Positions 28,482 through 39,702 of a stretch of 64,000 nt of DNA are shown here, piece by piece (within the stretch, counting starts at the first letter, position 1; each line of letters starts with the position of its first letter). Made by a program: the position numbers and the translations under genes. Below the pieces are notes generated by a model, which worked only from the letters and a program-made list of their open reading frames with translations, was not told the origin of the DNA and searched no databases. Source of the stretch: an uncultured Acidimicrobiaceae bacterium (GTDB lineage Bacteria > Actinomycetota > Acidimicrobiia > Acidimicrobiales > RAAP-2); NCBI GenBank assembly GCA_963728845.1, contig CAVSLS010000057.1:20788-84787 (forward strand). The letters are read 5' to 3'.

Positions 28482-29683
28482 TCAGGGCACGACGACCGGC
28501 AGGCTCTCCACCCGCGCACGGTCGAGGTGTGGGCCTGGACGGCCTGGTCCCAGTCCACCTCCCAGATGGGGAAGCGCCGGAGGACCTCCTCGAGGGCGAT
28601 GCGGCCCTCGAGCCGGGCCAGGTGACTGCCGAGGCAGAAGTGGATGCCGTAGCCGAAGGCAAGATGCTGCTCCACCGTGCGGTGGATGTCGAAGCGGTCC
28701 GGTTCAGGGAACTTGCGCTCGTCCCGGTTGGCGGCGCCGTTCATGAGCAGCAACACGCTGCCTGCGGGCACGGTCCGGTCGTAGTGCTCCACCTCCTCGG
28801 TCACGAACCTGGCCTGCACCGGTGACGGCGACTCGAAGCGCAGGAGCTCGTCGATGGCCCCCGTGATCAGGCTCGGGTCGTCCGCCAGCTCCCGGCGCTG
28901 GTCCGGGTGCTCGGCCAGCAACTTGCCGGCCCAGCCGATGAGCCGCGTCGTCGTCTCGTTGCCGGCACCGGCCAGCAAGCCGACGTACCCGAGCACCTCC
29001 GCTCGGGTCAGTGTCCTGGTCGCGCCGGTCGTGTCCACGAACTCGGCCTGCAGCAGCTTGGTCATCAGGTCGTCGGAGGGATGCTCCGCCCGCCACTCGA
29101 TGTACTCGGCGAACCCGTCGCCGCCGACGGACGCGAGGTCCTGCTGCGGGGTGGGGGCGCTCCCCTCCTCGAGGCGCAGGGACTTGTCGAGGCGGTCCCG
29201 GATCGCCACTTGGTCCTCCTCGGGGATACCCAGCAGCATGCCGATGACCCGCATCGGCATCTCGGCGGCCAGATCGTGGATGAAGTCGAAGCGCCCGGCA
29301 CCGACCAGCGGGTCCAGGGTCCGGCTGCAGAAGCGGCGCACCTCCGGCTCGATGGCGTTCATCGCCCTCGGCGTGAACACCCGGCTCAAGAGGCTCCGGT
29401 GCTCGTCGTGGGCGGGCGGATCCTCGAAGAGGATCGAGCCCGGAGGGATCTCCAAGCCGCTCTTGATCAGCTCGAGCACGGATCCCTTCCCCGAGATGTA
29501 GGTCTTCCAGTCGGCCAATCCGCGCCGGACGTCCTCGAAGCGGCTCAGGGCGTAGAAGTCGTGTTGTTCGTTGTAGTAGAGGGGTGCCTCGTCGCGCATC
29601 CGTTTCCAGACCGGGTACGGGTCCGCGTCGATATCGAAGTCGTACGGGTCGTAGTACAGCTCCATGCCCGCCGACGTGGTCAC
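28482..29683 (-). pseudogene. cytochrome P450 (paralogue of 6602..7804) with a 1-nt frame change nine codons before the stop
   Basis: FGYGIHFCLGSHLARLEG heme loop. The frame reads ..TSTVRGW, then an Arg/Ser-rich tail. Shifting one base at about 28507..28513 gives ESLPVVVP-stop (compare the paralogue's ending TSTVRGYSRLPISV). Confidence 0.8.
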
Positions 29684-29746
29684 GGAGAACCCTCCCCTTC
29701 GATTCGTCCGCTCATCTCTCCTCCAGCTCGGTTCATGTCGATCGGG

Positions 29747-30511
29747 TCAGAAGCTGCGGCAGTAGACCGTGTCCATCTTCTGGGTCCGTGGCCGCGTGAC
29801 GATGAAGAGGTGGACGTCGCCGATCGCCTCCACCTCTTGACCCGCGTGGCGCCCGATGGCCTGGTTCAAGAGGCCGAGCTCCGTCCAGCGTGCGTGGGCG
29901 GCCGCGGCGTGCCCCGGATCCCAGTCCCAGTCGGTCGACCCCATGCCGGCCCCCTGGGCCGTGCCCTGGACCACGGTGGTGACCCTGATGTCGTCGTCGC
30001 GCACTTCGAGAGCGAGCACCACGCCGAACGCCTCCAGTGCGGCCTTGCTGGCCACGTACATCGACAGCATCGGGAAGGGGTGCAACGTGGACTCGCTCGA
30101 GGTGTTGACGATGTCGCCGCCGCCGGCAGAGCGCAGGAGGGGGATGGCTGCCCGCGACGTGTACACCGGACCCATGAGGTTGGTCGCGAGCTGCCGCTCG
30201 ATGTCGCTGTCGCTCAGGAGCTCGACCGGGCAGGGGCGGTACACGGCGGCATGGTTGACCAGCACGTCCAGCTTGCCGAACCGCCGCCCGATCTCGTCGA
30301 AGGCGGCTCGCACGCTGTCAGGGTCGCCGACGTCGGTGGCGAGGGGGAACGCCGACGGGCCGAGCCCCTCGGCGACCTGTTCCAAGCGGGCCTTGTTGCG
30401 CGCCAGCATGACCACCGCGGCCCCTTCTGCGAGGAAGCGCGTCACGATGCCGAGCCCGGACCCTGCCGAGGCGCCCGTGACGACCGCGACCTTGCCGTCG
30501 AGAGCGCCCAT
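29747..30511 (-). CDS. short-chain dehydrogenase/reductase (SDR)
   Basis: TGASAGSGLG cofactor motif and YxxxK (YVASKAAL). Confidence 0.9.
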   Translation of the reverse strand: MGALDGKVAVVTGASAGSGLGIVTRFLAEGAAVVMLARNKARLEQVAEGLGPSAFPLATDVGDPDSVRAAFDEIGRRFGKLDVLVNHAAVYRPCPVELLSDSDIERQLATNLMGPVYTSRAAIPLLRSAGGGDIVNTSSESTLHPFPMLSMYVASKAALEAFGVVLALEVRDDDIRVTTVVQGTAQGAGMGSTDWDWDPGHAAAAHARWTELGLLNQAIGRHAGQEVEAIGDVHLFIVTRPRTQKMDTVYCRSF

Positions 30512-30664
30512 GATCAGCCCTGGGTGAGGCGTTCGACCTCGCTGAGGACGGCGAGCCCGTGGTGGTCCTGCGCCCGGCCCGGCTGGGTGTCGCTCACGGG
30601 GCCGATTGTCCCACGCCGGCAGCCATCCTCGGGCCGGAGGGCCTCGTTTCGCAGCCTCCCGCGG

Positions 30665-32314
30665 TCACTTGACCGCCACCTCGACGATCTTGACGACGAC
30701 CAGGGCCAGTGCGACGACGAGGTAGCCGCGCAGCGCGATGAGACCGAGCTTGCGCTGGCGCGACATCGCGGGGCGCGCCAGCCGGGCCAGGGGCGGCATC
30801 CGCCAGGTGTCGCGGTGCAAGGTCTCGGCCAGCACGTCGTCCACCCTGACCTCGTGGCGGTGCCGACGGCCCTGGATCAGCAGGAAGGCGCCGAGGACCA
30901 GGCCGCTCACCGTGCCCACCGCCATCACGGCAAGGATCTGCGAGCCCGTGATGGCGGGAAACAGCACGCTGGCCGTCAGGATGACCGACAGGATCACCAG
31001 GACCCAGATGATGACCCCGGTCACGATGTTGAGCTTCCTGCCGTTGACCCAGGGCCCGAGCACGGCCCTGTCGTTGCACAGGATGGCCAGGAACACGACG
31101 GCGCTGGGCAGGAGGACGCCGGCCAGCACCTGCACGCCAAGCGTCAAGAGGCCAAGCGGCACCCGGGGGATGAGCACCAACGCAGCTGCCAGCGCAATGA
31201 GCGCGGCGTAGCAGGCGTAGAACCCCTTGGCCTGGGTCACGGGCCGGTGCAGGGAGTGCCTCTGGTTCAACACGTCGCTCGTGGCGTAGGCGGTGGCCAG
31301 CCCGACGGCGGCGGCTCCGATGATGGCGGCGTCGATCAGGGCGATGGCGAACAGGTCCCCTACCGTGCGCGACACGTAGGTGGCGAGCCCATGGGCGACC
31401 CCTCCCGCGTCGGTGAAGTGCCCGAAGCCCGGGGTGTGGGCGAAGGCAGCAGCCGAGAAGCCCATGATCGCCACGGCGCCGACGACCACCAGGGCGATGC
31501 CGATGACGAGGTCGACACGCTCGTAGTTGATCCACCGCGGCGTGATGCGCTTGTCGATGATGTACGACTGCTGGAAGAACAGCTGCCACGGGGCCACTGT
31601 CGTGCCGACGATGCCGATGACCAGCAGCATCACCGAGGACAGTGGTGCGCCGTGGGGGATGCGGGGCACGACGAAGTCGTGGGCCACCTGCCCGATCGGC
31701 GGGTGCACCATGAGCACGAGGGGGACCAGCAGGAGCGAGCCGACGACGAGCATCAAGCAGAGCCGCTCGAAGCGCCGGAAGCTCCCCGTGCTCACCGCGC
31801 CGACGATGGCCACCGCGGCGACGATCACCGAGGGGACCTTGGGCAGCCCGAGGTAGGGGACGGCCAAGGAGATGCCGATGAACTCGGTGACGATGGTCAG
31901 CGCGTTCAACAGGAACAGGTCGACGACGCTGAACGCGCCCCAGAACTTGCCGAAGCGCTCGAGGATGAGCCGGGCGTGTCCAACGCCGGTGACAGCGCCG
32001 AGGCGCAGCACCATGTCCTGGCATACGTAGAGCACCGGGATCAACAGGCCGAGCGTCCACACGAGGTGGGTGCCGAAGTTCTGGCCGGCCTGGCCGTAGG
32101 TCGAAAAGGCGCCGGCGTCGTTGTCGCCGACCATCACGATGAGCCCCGGCCCGACGATGGCGAGCAGGGTCTTGAGCTTGAGCGAAAGCCTCGGGCGGGC
32201 TGCCGTGTCGCCGTACGCGATGGTGCCGAGGGCGCCGTTGATGTGGCCGACGTGGGCGTCGTCGATGACGGCGGCGCCCCGGCGCGGTGGTGCAAGGTGG
32301 GTGAAGTTCTCCAT
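30665..32314 (-). CDS. NRAMP-family divalent metal cation transporter with a C-terminal extension
   Basis: ATG at 32314 with AAGGAG upstream. GPGLIVMVGDNDAGAFSTYGQAG and later NRAMP blocks. About 11-12 hydrophobic segments. Confidence 0.8.
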   Translation of the reverse strand: MENFTHLAPPRRGAAVIDDAHVGHINGALGTIAYGDTAARPRLSLKLKTLLAIVGPGLIVMVGDNDAGAFSTYGQAGQNFGTHLVWTLGLLIPVLYVCQDMVLRLGAVTGVGHARLILERFGKFWGAFSVVDLFLLNALTIVTEFIGISLAVPYLGLPKVPSVIVAAVAIVGAVSTGSFRRFERLCLMLVVGSLLLVPLVLMVHPPIGQVAHDFVVPRIPHGAPLSSVMLLVIGIVGTTVAPWQLFFQQSYIIDKRITPRWINYERVDLVIGIALVVVGAVAIMGFSAAAFAHTPGFGHFTDAGGVAHGLATYVSRTVGDLFAIALIDAAIIGAAAVGLATAYATSDVLNQRHSLHRPVTQAKGFYACYAALIALAAALVLIPRVPLGLLTLGVQVLAGVLLPSAVVFLAILCNDRAVLGPWVNGRKLNIVTGVIIWVLVILSVILTASVLFPAITGSQILAVMAVGTVSGLVLGAFLLIQGRRHRHEVRVDDVLAETLHRDTWRMPPLARLARPAMSRQRKLGLIALRGYLVVALALVVVKIVEVAVK

Positions 32315-32332
32315 GGCGGTCTCCTTGTGCGA

Positions 32333-32399
32333 GGAGAACGCTTCTTCGACCGTCGGCCGCCATGACGGGAGTCGGCAGACGGCCGGGGAAGGGTTCTCC
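32333..32399 (-). promoter_or_regulatory. stem-loop in the NRAMP 5' leader, immediately upstream of the SD
   Basis: On the mRNA strand, GGAGAAC (32399..32393) pairs with GTTCTCC (32339..32333), enclosing 53 nt with internal CCGTC/GACGG pairing. The 3' arm ends 6 nt before AAGGAG. Confidence 0.25.
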
Positions 32400-32696
32400 G
32401 TCTCGATGCTGGAAGGTCGAGCGGATCCGAGACACCACGGAGGTGCGTCGGAAAGGGGCAAAGGACCTGCGAAACGCAGGCAGCGCAGGTGGCATGCACC
32501 TGCGGGGGACCCCGGCGGCGGCTCCTGACTCAGCGGGGAGCTAGTTCAGGCGGGAAGCGACGCCGGGGCACGGCTGTGGGGGCTGGCAACTATGAGGTTC
32601 TGAGCTCATGACCGGCCCTCCTTTCACGCTGTACGACAGGGCGTCGCCCACAGTGTACCCGGGCCCGGCCCGGTTTCGTGGCCGGCCCCCGACGAG

Positions 32697-34131
32697 CTAA
32701 TCGGCGAGGCGCAGCGGGTACGACGCGGCTGCGACGTCGAGGATCTCCGCCCGGTCCTGCTCCAGGAGATACGTGGCATCGATGGCGGCGTCGAGGGCGG
32801 ACTCGAACCGCGCCAAGTAGTCCGCCTCGCCCCCCGGGTACAAGGCGGCCAGCTCGGCTTCGTCGAAGGGCACGGTCCGGCCGAAGAGCACCGCGAAGGA
32901 CTCCCCGCGCTGCCCCAGGCCCGAGAGCACGGCGCTCGGCACGTCCACCCATGGCGTCCGAATGCCGCCCAGCAGCGTTGCCCCGGTCGTCGAGGCGATA
33001 GCCGGTGCCCGCGTCATCGAGTCGGAGCCGCGGCGCGCTCGGTGGTGCCATGCCGTCGGTGGCCCACTGACCGAGGTGCCACAACGCGGCCTGCGCCACA
33101 TAGTGCTGCTGGGGCCCGGCGTTGATCGGCGATGCCGTCCGGCCGATCATCAGGTTCGTGGTCGGGCGCAACAGCTCGGCCAGGCGCTCCCCGCTCAGGC
33201 TGCCGTCGTCGCGACGACCGGCGCTGACCGTGTAGGTGTCGGCGTGCGCCGCGCCGGCCATCTCCCAGACGCGGACGTGGTCCGCGTCTGGCTGCTCGGC
33301 CAGCCCGCCGCCGAGCAGGATCACGTCGGTCTCGCTCTGCAGGACCAGCACCGGGACCCTGGCGTCCTCGCGGATGCGCTCGCCCTTGGCCGAGATGGCA
33401 CGGGTGGCGGCTGTCAGGCCCCCACCCCGGGCGCTGGGCACGAACACCCCGTCGATGGCGACGCCGACGCCGGGCCGCCCGTGCACGAAGAAGCCGTCGA
33501 ACACGCGGGCGTGGTGGTCGATCGCGTTGATGTAGGTGACCAGGCAGGCCGCAGACTGTGACTCGCCCGCCGCCAACACGTGCTCGGCGACCAGGCCGGC
33601 ACCCAACGGGTTCTCGCCCGCCGGTAGCCGTAGCAACGCGCCCACTTGGGAGAACATGTCGAACGACCACGCATCGCCGGGGTGGTCGAGCTCGCCGTAG
33701 CGCTCCGGTGCGAGCAGCTTGAGGTGGATGCCCTCGACGAACCCTCCGCCGTCGATGCCGACCTTCTGCGCGGACACGCCGACCCAGGCGTGGCCTTCGG
33801 CGGCGACGTGCCGATGGAAGAACCCCCAGTCGGGCGCGGCGTCGATGCCCGCGGAGACGTTGTGCCACTCCACGACCACCGTCCCGCTGAAGCGGGCCGG
33901 GTCCGACGGCCGCCGCACGACGAAGCGGGTCCGGAAGGGTGCCGCCGGCCCCGGGGTCACGTCCCAGCGGCCGTCCCGGCCGCGCTCGCCTTGCAGCTCG
34001 TAGGAGGTCGCCGCGCCCTGGAGGGCGTACTCCGCCTCCGTGTAGCCGAGCACGGCCAGGTCGTAGTCCCGCATGATGTCCGGCGCCGCACCGGGCATCT
34101 CCCGGAACGAGGCACGCCCTGTCGTGGTCAT
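32697..34131 (-). pseudogene. alpha/beta hydrolase domain protein (about 480 aa family) with a frame change
   Basis: ATG at 34131 with GGGAGGG upstream. The frame reads ..GYRLDDRGNAAG, then an Arg-rich tail. The conserved continuation GGIRTPWVDVPSAVLSGLGQ..YPGGEADYLARFESALD is in a second frame ending at 32697. The junction is near 32971..32985. Confidence 0.7.
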
Positions 34132-34262
34132 CGTCACCCTCCCGATCGGGACGGTGGACCGGCCCGGCTCGCCCTGAGCTGCCACATCAGGATACTTTTC
34201 GACGCCGGGAGCCCGAGCACGTCAGAGAGACGTCAGAGGCGCCCCAGAGAGAGGAACACGCC

Positions 34263-35021
34263 GTGGAGATCAAGGGAAAGAAGGCCGTCATCGCGGGGGG
34301 AGCCTCCGGCATGGCCAGAGCCACCGCCGAGCTCCTGCACCAGCGGGGGGCCGACGTCGCCATCCTCGACCTGCCGACCTCGGCCGGCGCCGAGGTCGCC
34401 AAGGAGCTCGGCGGCACGTTCCACGAAGTCGACGTGCTCGACGAGCAGCAGGTCGAGTCCGCGCTGGCCGACGCCGTCGCCGCGCTCGGCGGCCTGCACA
34501 TCGCGGTCAACACGGCGGGAGGAGGCCAGGCCAAGCGGACCCTCACCAAGGAGGGGCCGCACCCGCTCGGCGAATTCCGGCGCATGATTGAGCTGAACCT
34601 CATCGGCACGTTCAACCTCAACCGGTTGGAGGCCTTCCACATGTCGGGCAACGAGCCCGAGGACGGCGAGCGCGGCGTCATCATCGACACCGCGTCGATC
34701 GCCGCCTTCGAAGGTCAGATCGGGCAGGTGGCCTACACGGCGGCCAAGGCCGGCATCGTGGGCATGACGCTGACCATGGCCCGTGATCTCGGCAGCCTGG
34801 GCATCCGGGTCCTGACGATTGCGCCCAGCCTGTTCAGCACCGGACTGACCGAAGGCATCCCGGACGAGTTCGCCGACGTCCTCACGAAGGACGCCGCCTT
34901 CCCCAAGCGCATGGGGCGCCCCGGGGAGTACGCCAAGCTCGCCGTCGCGATCGTCGAGAACCCGATGCTGAACGGCTCTTGCATCCGCCTGGACGCCGGG
35001 CAGCGCTTCGCGCCGAAGTAG
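34263..35021 (+). CDS. SDR-family 3-hydroxyacyl-CoA dehydrogenase-like oxidoreductase
   Basis: GGASGMARA cofactor motif and YTAAKAGIVG catalytic motif. Confidence 0.9.
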   Translation: MEIKGKKAVIAGGASGMARATAELLHQRGADVAILDLPTSAGAEVAKELGGTFHEVDVLDEQQVESALADAVAALGGLHIAVNTAGGGQAKRTLTKEGPHPLGEFRRMIELNLIGTFNLNRLEAFHMSGNEPEDGERGVIIDTASIAAFEGQIGQVAYTAAKAGIVGMTLTMARDLGSLGIRVLTIAPSLFSTGLTEGIPDEFADVLTKDAAFPKRMGRPGEYAKLAVAIVENPMLNGSCIRLDAGQRFAPK

Positions 35022-35039
35022 CCGGTTCGCGGCGGCGCG

Positions 35040-36065
35040 GTGGGCTCCACGGACCTTCAACTCCAGGTCGACGTCACCGAGGCGGCGGACCTGGGCGAGC
35101 CGGCGTACGTCGCGCTGACAGTCACCGTCCCCGACGCGCTCGTGACCGATCCGATCGTGTGCTTCGCCAAGCCGGGTGCGGGTTATTCGCGGCGCTACTA
35201 CACCGAAGACCTGCCCGGCCCCGCCTCGGGGGCCCAGGCCGCCTGGCACGCAGAGCGGGGCTGGGTGTTCGTCTCGGTCGACCATCTCGGCGTGGGCGAA
35301 AGCTCCCAGCACGACTCCGAACGGCTGACGTACACCCCGGTGGTGGCGGCGAGTCAGGCCGCCGAAGCCGAGGTGCTGCAGCAGCTCTCGGCGGGCACCC
35401 TTGTCGAAGGGCTCCCGAAGGTCGAGCGCCCGGTGACCATCGGCATCGGGCAGTCGATGGGCGGCAGCCTGACGGTGGTGCAACAGGGGCGCTACCACGG
35501 CTACGACGGCATCGCCGTGCTGGGCTACAGCGCCGTGCACACCCACCCGCCCACCGCGCCGGGCACGCCGCCGCTCGTGATGGCGTGGATGCCCCGCGAC
35601 GCCGTGCCCTCCGACGGCATCGTCACCAACGGGCCGGCGCTGGCCGAGCTCGACCCTGCGACCGCTCCGGGCCCCGCGGCCATGGCCTGGGGTTTCCACT
35701 ACGACGACGTCGATCCCGAAACGGTCCGGCGTGACCTCCATGACTTCCCGGCGCGCCGGGGCGACGTGCCGCCGTGGGGCTCGGGCACCGTGCCGATGAC
35801 CGTCGCACTGTGGTGCGTCACCCCGGGCGGCGTCGCGGCGGAGGCGGCGGCCGTCCGCTGCCCGGTCCTGGTGGCCCTCGGCGAGCGCGACGTGCTGGCC
35901 GATCCGCGGGGCGAGCCGCGGGCCTACCTGTCGTCCCCGAGCGTGGACCTCTTCATCTGTCCGAGAATGGCGCACATGCACAACTTCGCCGGCACACGGA
36001 AGCTGTTCTGGCGGCGTATCGAGACCTGGGCGGACTGGGTGCGGGCCGGACGGGGCGAGGACTGA
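35040..36065 (+). CDS. alpha/beta hydrolase
   Basis: GxSxG (GIGQSMGGS) and a C-terminal Asp/His region (GERDVLADP .. MAHMHNF). GTG start. Confidence 0.7.
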   Translation: MGSTDLQLQVDVTEAADLGEPAYVALTVTVPDALVTDPIVCFAKPGAGYSRRYYTEDLPGPASGAQAAWHAERGWVFVSVDHLGVGESSQHDSERLTYTPVVAASQAAEAEVLQQLSAGTLVEGLPKVERPVTIGIGQSMGGSLTVVQQGRYHGYDGIAVLGYSAVHTHPPTAPGTPPLVMAWMPRDAVPSDGIVTNGPALAELDPATAPGPAAMAWGFHYDDVDPETVRRDLHDFPARRGDVPPWGSGTVPMTVALWCVTPGGVAAEAAAVRCPVLVALGERDVLADPRGEPRAYLSSPSVDLFICPRMAHMHNFAGTRKLFWRRIETWADWVRAGRGED

Positions 36066-36072
36066 TGGGCTG

Positions 36073-36987
36073 ATGGAGCTCGACCTCGCCGAGGACCTCC
36101 CGGACCTGTTGACACTCGAGCGTGTCGACCGTGACCTCTTCCGGGGGCGCAACGCCAACTACGGGCCGCGCCAGACCCTCTACGGCGGGCAGGTGGCGGC
36201 GCAGTGCCTGCTCGCCGCGGCGGCCACCGTCGAGCCGGACCGGCTCCCCCACTCCCTGCACGGCTACTTCCTCCGGGCCGGGCGCAGCGACGTGCCGGTG
36301 ATCCTCGAAGTCGACCGCGACCGGGACGGGCGTTCCTTCTCGGCCCGCCACGTCGTCGCCGTCCAGGAGGGCGAGGTCATCTTCTCCATGATCACCTCGT
36401 TCCACGCCGAGGGCGACGGCGGGCACTTCGACGATGCGCCCCGGCGCACGACCCCCGAACCCGAGGACACCCCCAAGGCCGCATGGACCCCGCTCCTCCA
36501 GGTGCGCGAGGTCGCGCCGACGGACTTCCTCAGGGGCGTCTTCACCGACTGCCTATGGGTGCGCTCCGCGGCCTCGCTCGGCGCGGACCCGCTCATGCAA
36601 CGGGCCGGGCTCACCTACCTGTCCGACCTCGGCACTGGCTTCGGTCAGCAGCACAGGTCGCTCATCGGTCGCGGCGGCCCGAGCATCGACCACTCTCTCT
36701 GGTTCCACGAGGACATCCGGGCCGACGACTGGGTGCTCGTCGACCTGCGCCCGGTCAAGGCCCGCAGTGCACGGGGCACGTACCACGGCTCGCTGCGGAA
36801 CCGCCAGGGCGTGCTCGGGGCGACGCTCTACCAGGAGCAGCTGCTGCTCCCGGGGTCGATGAGCGACGCCGAGTCGCCGGTCACCGGGAAGGTGGTGCCG
36901 GTAGGCCGCGAGGCGGGCGACTTCGCCGCGACGCGGCGTGCGCACTCGGAGCATCCAGCCGGTCGTGAGGACCGCCCGGGACAATAG
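36073..36987 (+). CDS. tesB: acyl-CoA thioesterase II (double hot-dog fold)
   Basis: LYGGQVAAQCL, HSLHGYFLRAG and DRDGRSFSARHV blocks typical of TesB. Confidence 0.8.
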   Translation: MELDLAEDLPDLLTLERVDRDLFRGRNANYGPRQTLYGGQVAAQCLLAAAATVEPDRLPHSLHGYFLRAGRSDVPVILEVDRDRDGRSFSARHVVAVQEGEVIFSMITSFHAEGDGGHFDDAPRRTTPEPEDTPKAAWTPLLQVREVAPTDFLRGVFTDCLWVRSAASLGADPLMQRAGLTYLSDLGTGFGQQHRSLIGRGGPSIDHSLWFHEDIRADDWVLVDLRPVKARSARGTYHGSLRNRQGVLGATLYQEQLLLPGSMSDAESPVTGKVVPVGREAGDFAATRRAHSEHPAGREDRPGQ

Positions 36988-37003
36988 AGGATACCTTTTG
37001 GAC

Positions 37004-39159
37004 ATGCCGATCGCCATCACCGAAGACCACCGCGCCCTGGGGCAGACCGCCTCGGACTTTCTCGCCAAACGCGACGCCCGAGGGGCCGCCCGGGCCCTAC
37101 TCGAGGCCGAGGCCGAAGGCCTCCCGCCGTTCTGGGGCGACCTGGCCGCCCTCGGGTGGTTGGGCCTGCACCTGCCCGAGGCACGGGGCGGCTCGGGCTT
37201 CGGTCTCCCCGAGCTCGTCATCGTGGTCGAAGAGCTCGGCCGCGCCGTGACGCCCGGGCCCTTCGTGCCCACCGTGATCGCCAGCGCGGTCATACACGCG
37301 GCCGGGTCCGAGGAGCTGGCGGGGCGCCTGCTGTGCGGCCTGGCCGACGGATCGGTGCTCGGCGGCGTGGCGGTGTCGTCCGATGTCACGGTGCGGGGCG
37401 GGCGGGGCACCGGGACGGCGCCGGCCGTGCTGGGCGGCGGCCTGGCCCACGTGCTCGTCCTGCCGGCGGGTGAAGACGCCGTCGTGGTCGACGTGGCCGC
37501 GGACGGCGTCACGGTCGACGTGCCCGCCAACCTCGACCCGACCCGCCGCGCGGCCCGGGTGACGCTCGACGGCGCGCCCGTGGAGGTGATCCCAGGCGGG
37601 CGGCGCATCCTCGTCGACCTGGCGCGTCTCCTCGTGGCGGCGGAGTGCACCGGCGTGGCGATTGAGTGCACCGAGCAGGCCGCGGCCTACGCCAAGGTGC
37701 GCGTGCAGTTCGGCCGCCCCATCGCCACGTTCCAGGCCGTCAAGCACCACTGCGCCAACATGCTCGTCGCGTGCGAGCTCGCCACTGCGGCGGTGTGGGA
37801 CGCCGCCCGGGCGGCCGACGAGGGCGGCGACCAGCTCTCGTACGCCGCCGCCATGGCCGCCGCACTGGCATTGGGCGCCGGTGACGAGTGCGCGCAGCTC
37901 AACATCCAGGTGCACGGCGGTATCGGGTTCACCTGGGAGCACGACGCGCACCTCTATCTCCGCCGCGCCACGGCGCTCGAGGCGGTGGTCGACGCCGAGG
38001 CCGCCGCGCTCGACGTCACCGACTTCGCCCGCCGGGGCGTACGCCGGACGCGCACCGTCGACCTGCCGCCCGAGGCCGAGCCGATGCGCGCCGAGGTGCG
38101 CGCCTTTGCCGAGGGGGTGCGGGGCCTCGATGCGGACGGTCAGCGTGACGCCCTGATCGAGACCGGCTACGTCATGCCGCACTGGCCCAAGCCGTGGGGA
38201 CGCGACGCCGGCGCTGTCGAGCAGCTCGTGATAGAGCAGGAGTTCAAGGCGGCCGGGATCACGCGGCCCCAGTACATGATCACCGGCTGGGTGATCCTCA
38301 CCCTCGTTCAGCACGCGAGCGAGGACCAGGTGGCCCGTTGGGTCATGCCGGCCCTGCGCCAGGAGGTCATCTGGTGCCAGCTCTTCAGCGAGCCCGACGC
38401 TGGCAGCGACGCCGCCGGTGTCAAGACCAGGGGGACCCGGGTCGAAGGCGGCTGGCTGGTCAACGGCCAGAAAGTGTGGACCAGTGGCGCGCACTACGCC
38501 GGCTTCGGCCTCGCCACCATCCGGACCGACCCCGGGGTCCCCAAGCACGACGGCATCACCACCATGGTCATCGACATGCACGCCGACGGTGTGGAGGTGC
38601 GCCCGCTCAAGATGGTGACGGGCCAGTCGGAGTTCAACGAGGTCTTCTTCAACGACGTCTTCGTGCCGGACGACGACGTGGTGGGGCCGGTCAACGCCGG
38701 CTGGACCGTGGCCCGGGCGACCCTGGGCAACGAGAGCGTGTCCATCGGGGGCGGCCAGGGGGCGCGGCCATGCCGGTCGACATGGTCATCGCGCCGTTCG
38801 ACGCCCACCCCGAGCGGCTGGCGGGTGGGGCGGGGCGGGTGGGCCGTCACATCGCGCGCAGCGAGGCGATGGCGGTGCTCAACATGCGCAGCGCCCACCG
38901 CGCCGTCGAGGGTCGTGGGCCGGGGCCCGAGGGCAACGTCACCAAGCTGGTGCTCTCGGAGATCGGGCACGAGGCTGCCGCCATCATGGCCGCCCTCGGC
39001 GGGCCCGACACTGCCTACGTGGACGGCGCCGGCGCGATCACCGCGCTGATGGTGCTCATGCACCGCGGCATGTCCATCGCCGGCGGGACGTCGGAGATCA
39101 AGCGCAACCAGATCGGCGAGCGCATCCTCGGTCTGCCGCGGGATCCGCTGATCAATTAA
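37004..39159 (+). pseudogene. two-module acyl-CoA dehydrogenase (FadE-like, about 718 aa) with a frame change
   Basis: ATG at 37004. The frame reads ..NESVSIGGGQG, then a Pro/Arg-rich tail. The conserved C-terminus AAMPVDMV..LSEIGHEAA..MSIAGGTSEIKRNQIGERILGLPRDP is in another frame ending at 39159. The junction lies in the G-run at about 38755..38765. Confidence 0.85.
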
Positions 39160-39201
39160 CCTTCCGTGGCCACGGCGCGACCCGCGCGGCGTCGTCCCGT
39201 C

Positions 39202-39672
39202 CTACTTCGTCGTCGGCGCCGCGTAGGTCGTGTCGGGCGAGCGCCAGTCCACGGACACGAAGCGGTGGGCGATCAGCCACCGGTCGCCCACCGGGACCAG
39301 ACGGTCGCGGTAGCGCCCCATGTGGTCGAGCCCGATCTCCGTGAAGACGGTGAAGTAGCTGGCGACGGTGGCCTCCGCCGGCGTCACGGCCTCGAATCTG
39401 ACATTGGTCACGCTGTGGCGGACGACCCGCCGCGGACGTCCGTCGTCCACCGCGCCGGCGGCCTGTCGCACCCGCGTCGCCTCGCCTGTGCCGCCGAACC
39501 GCTCCATGATCGCGGCGCGGCCCCGCACCGGCGCGGCACCGCGGATCTCGAGCACGCCGTCCTCGCAGAACGCGGCGGCGAACTCCTCGAGTAGATACCG
39601 ATCGCCGGCGTGGGTGTACTGGGCCAGGGTGTCCCGGCAGGCCTCGCGGGCCGTGAGTTCCCAGAGCTCCAT
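39202..39672 (-). CDS. NTF2-like (SnoaL-like) domain protein
   Basis: 156 aa. ELTAREACRDTLAQYTHAGDRYLLEEFAAAFCEDGVLE is typical of the SnoaL_4/NTF2 fold. Confidence 0.7.
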   Translation of the reverse strand: MELWELTAREACRDTLAQYTHAGDRYLLEEFAAAFCEDGVLEIRGAAPVRGRAAIMERFGGTGEATRVRQAAGAVDDGRPRRVVRHSVTNVRFEAVTPAEATVASYFTVFTEIGLDHMGRYRDRLVPVGDRWLIAHRFVSVDWRSPDTTYAAPTTK

Positions 39673-39702
39673 AATCCCGGCCCGGCCTTCGCTCTCGGAC
39701 GG

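Noticed and set aside
28907-32365. 1152-aa ORF on the plus strand, the longest in the track
   Set aside because: It runs antisense to well-supported P450, SDR and NRAMP genes. Its sequence is low-complexity and Arg/Gly/Asp/His-rich with no recognisable motifs. This is the typical shadow ORF of high-GC DNA.
32535-32544. GGGGAGCTAG, similar to the yybP-ykoY Mn riboswitch 5' box (GGGGAGUAG), near the NRAMP gene
   Set aside because: It is on the plus strand, while both flanking genes are on the minus strand. The 3' conserved half of the riboswitch was not found.
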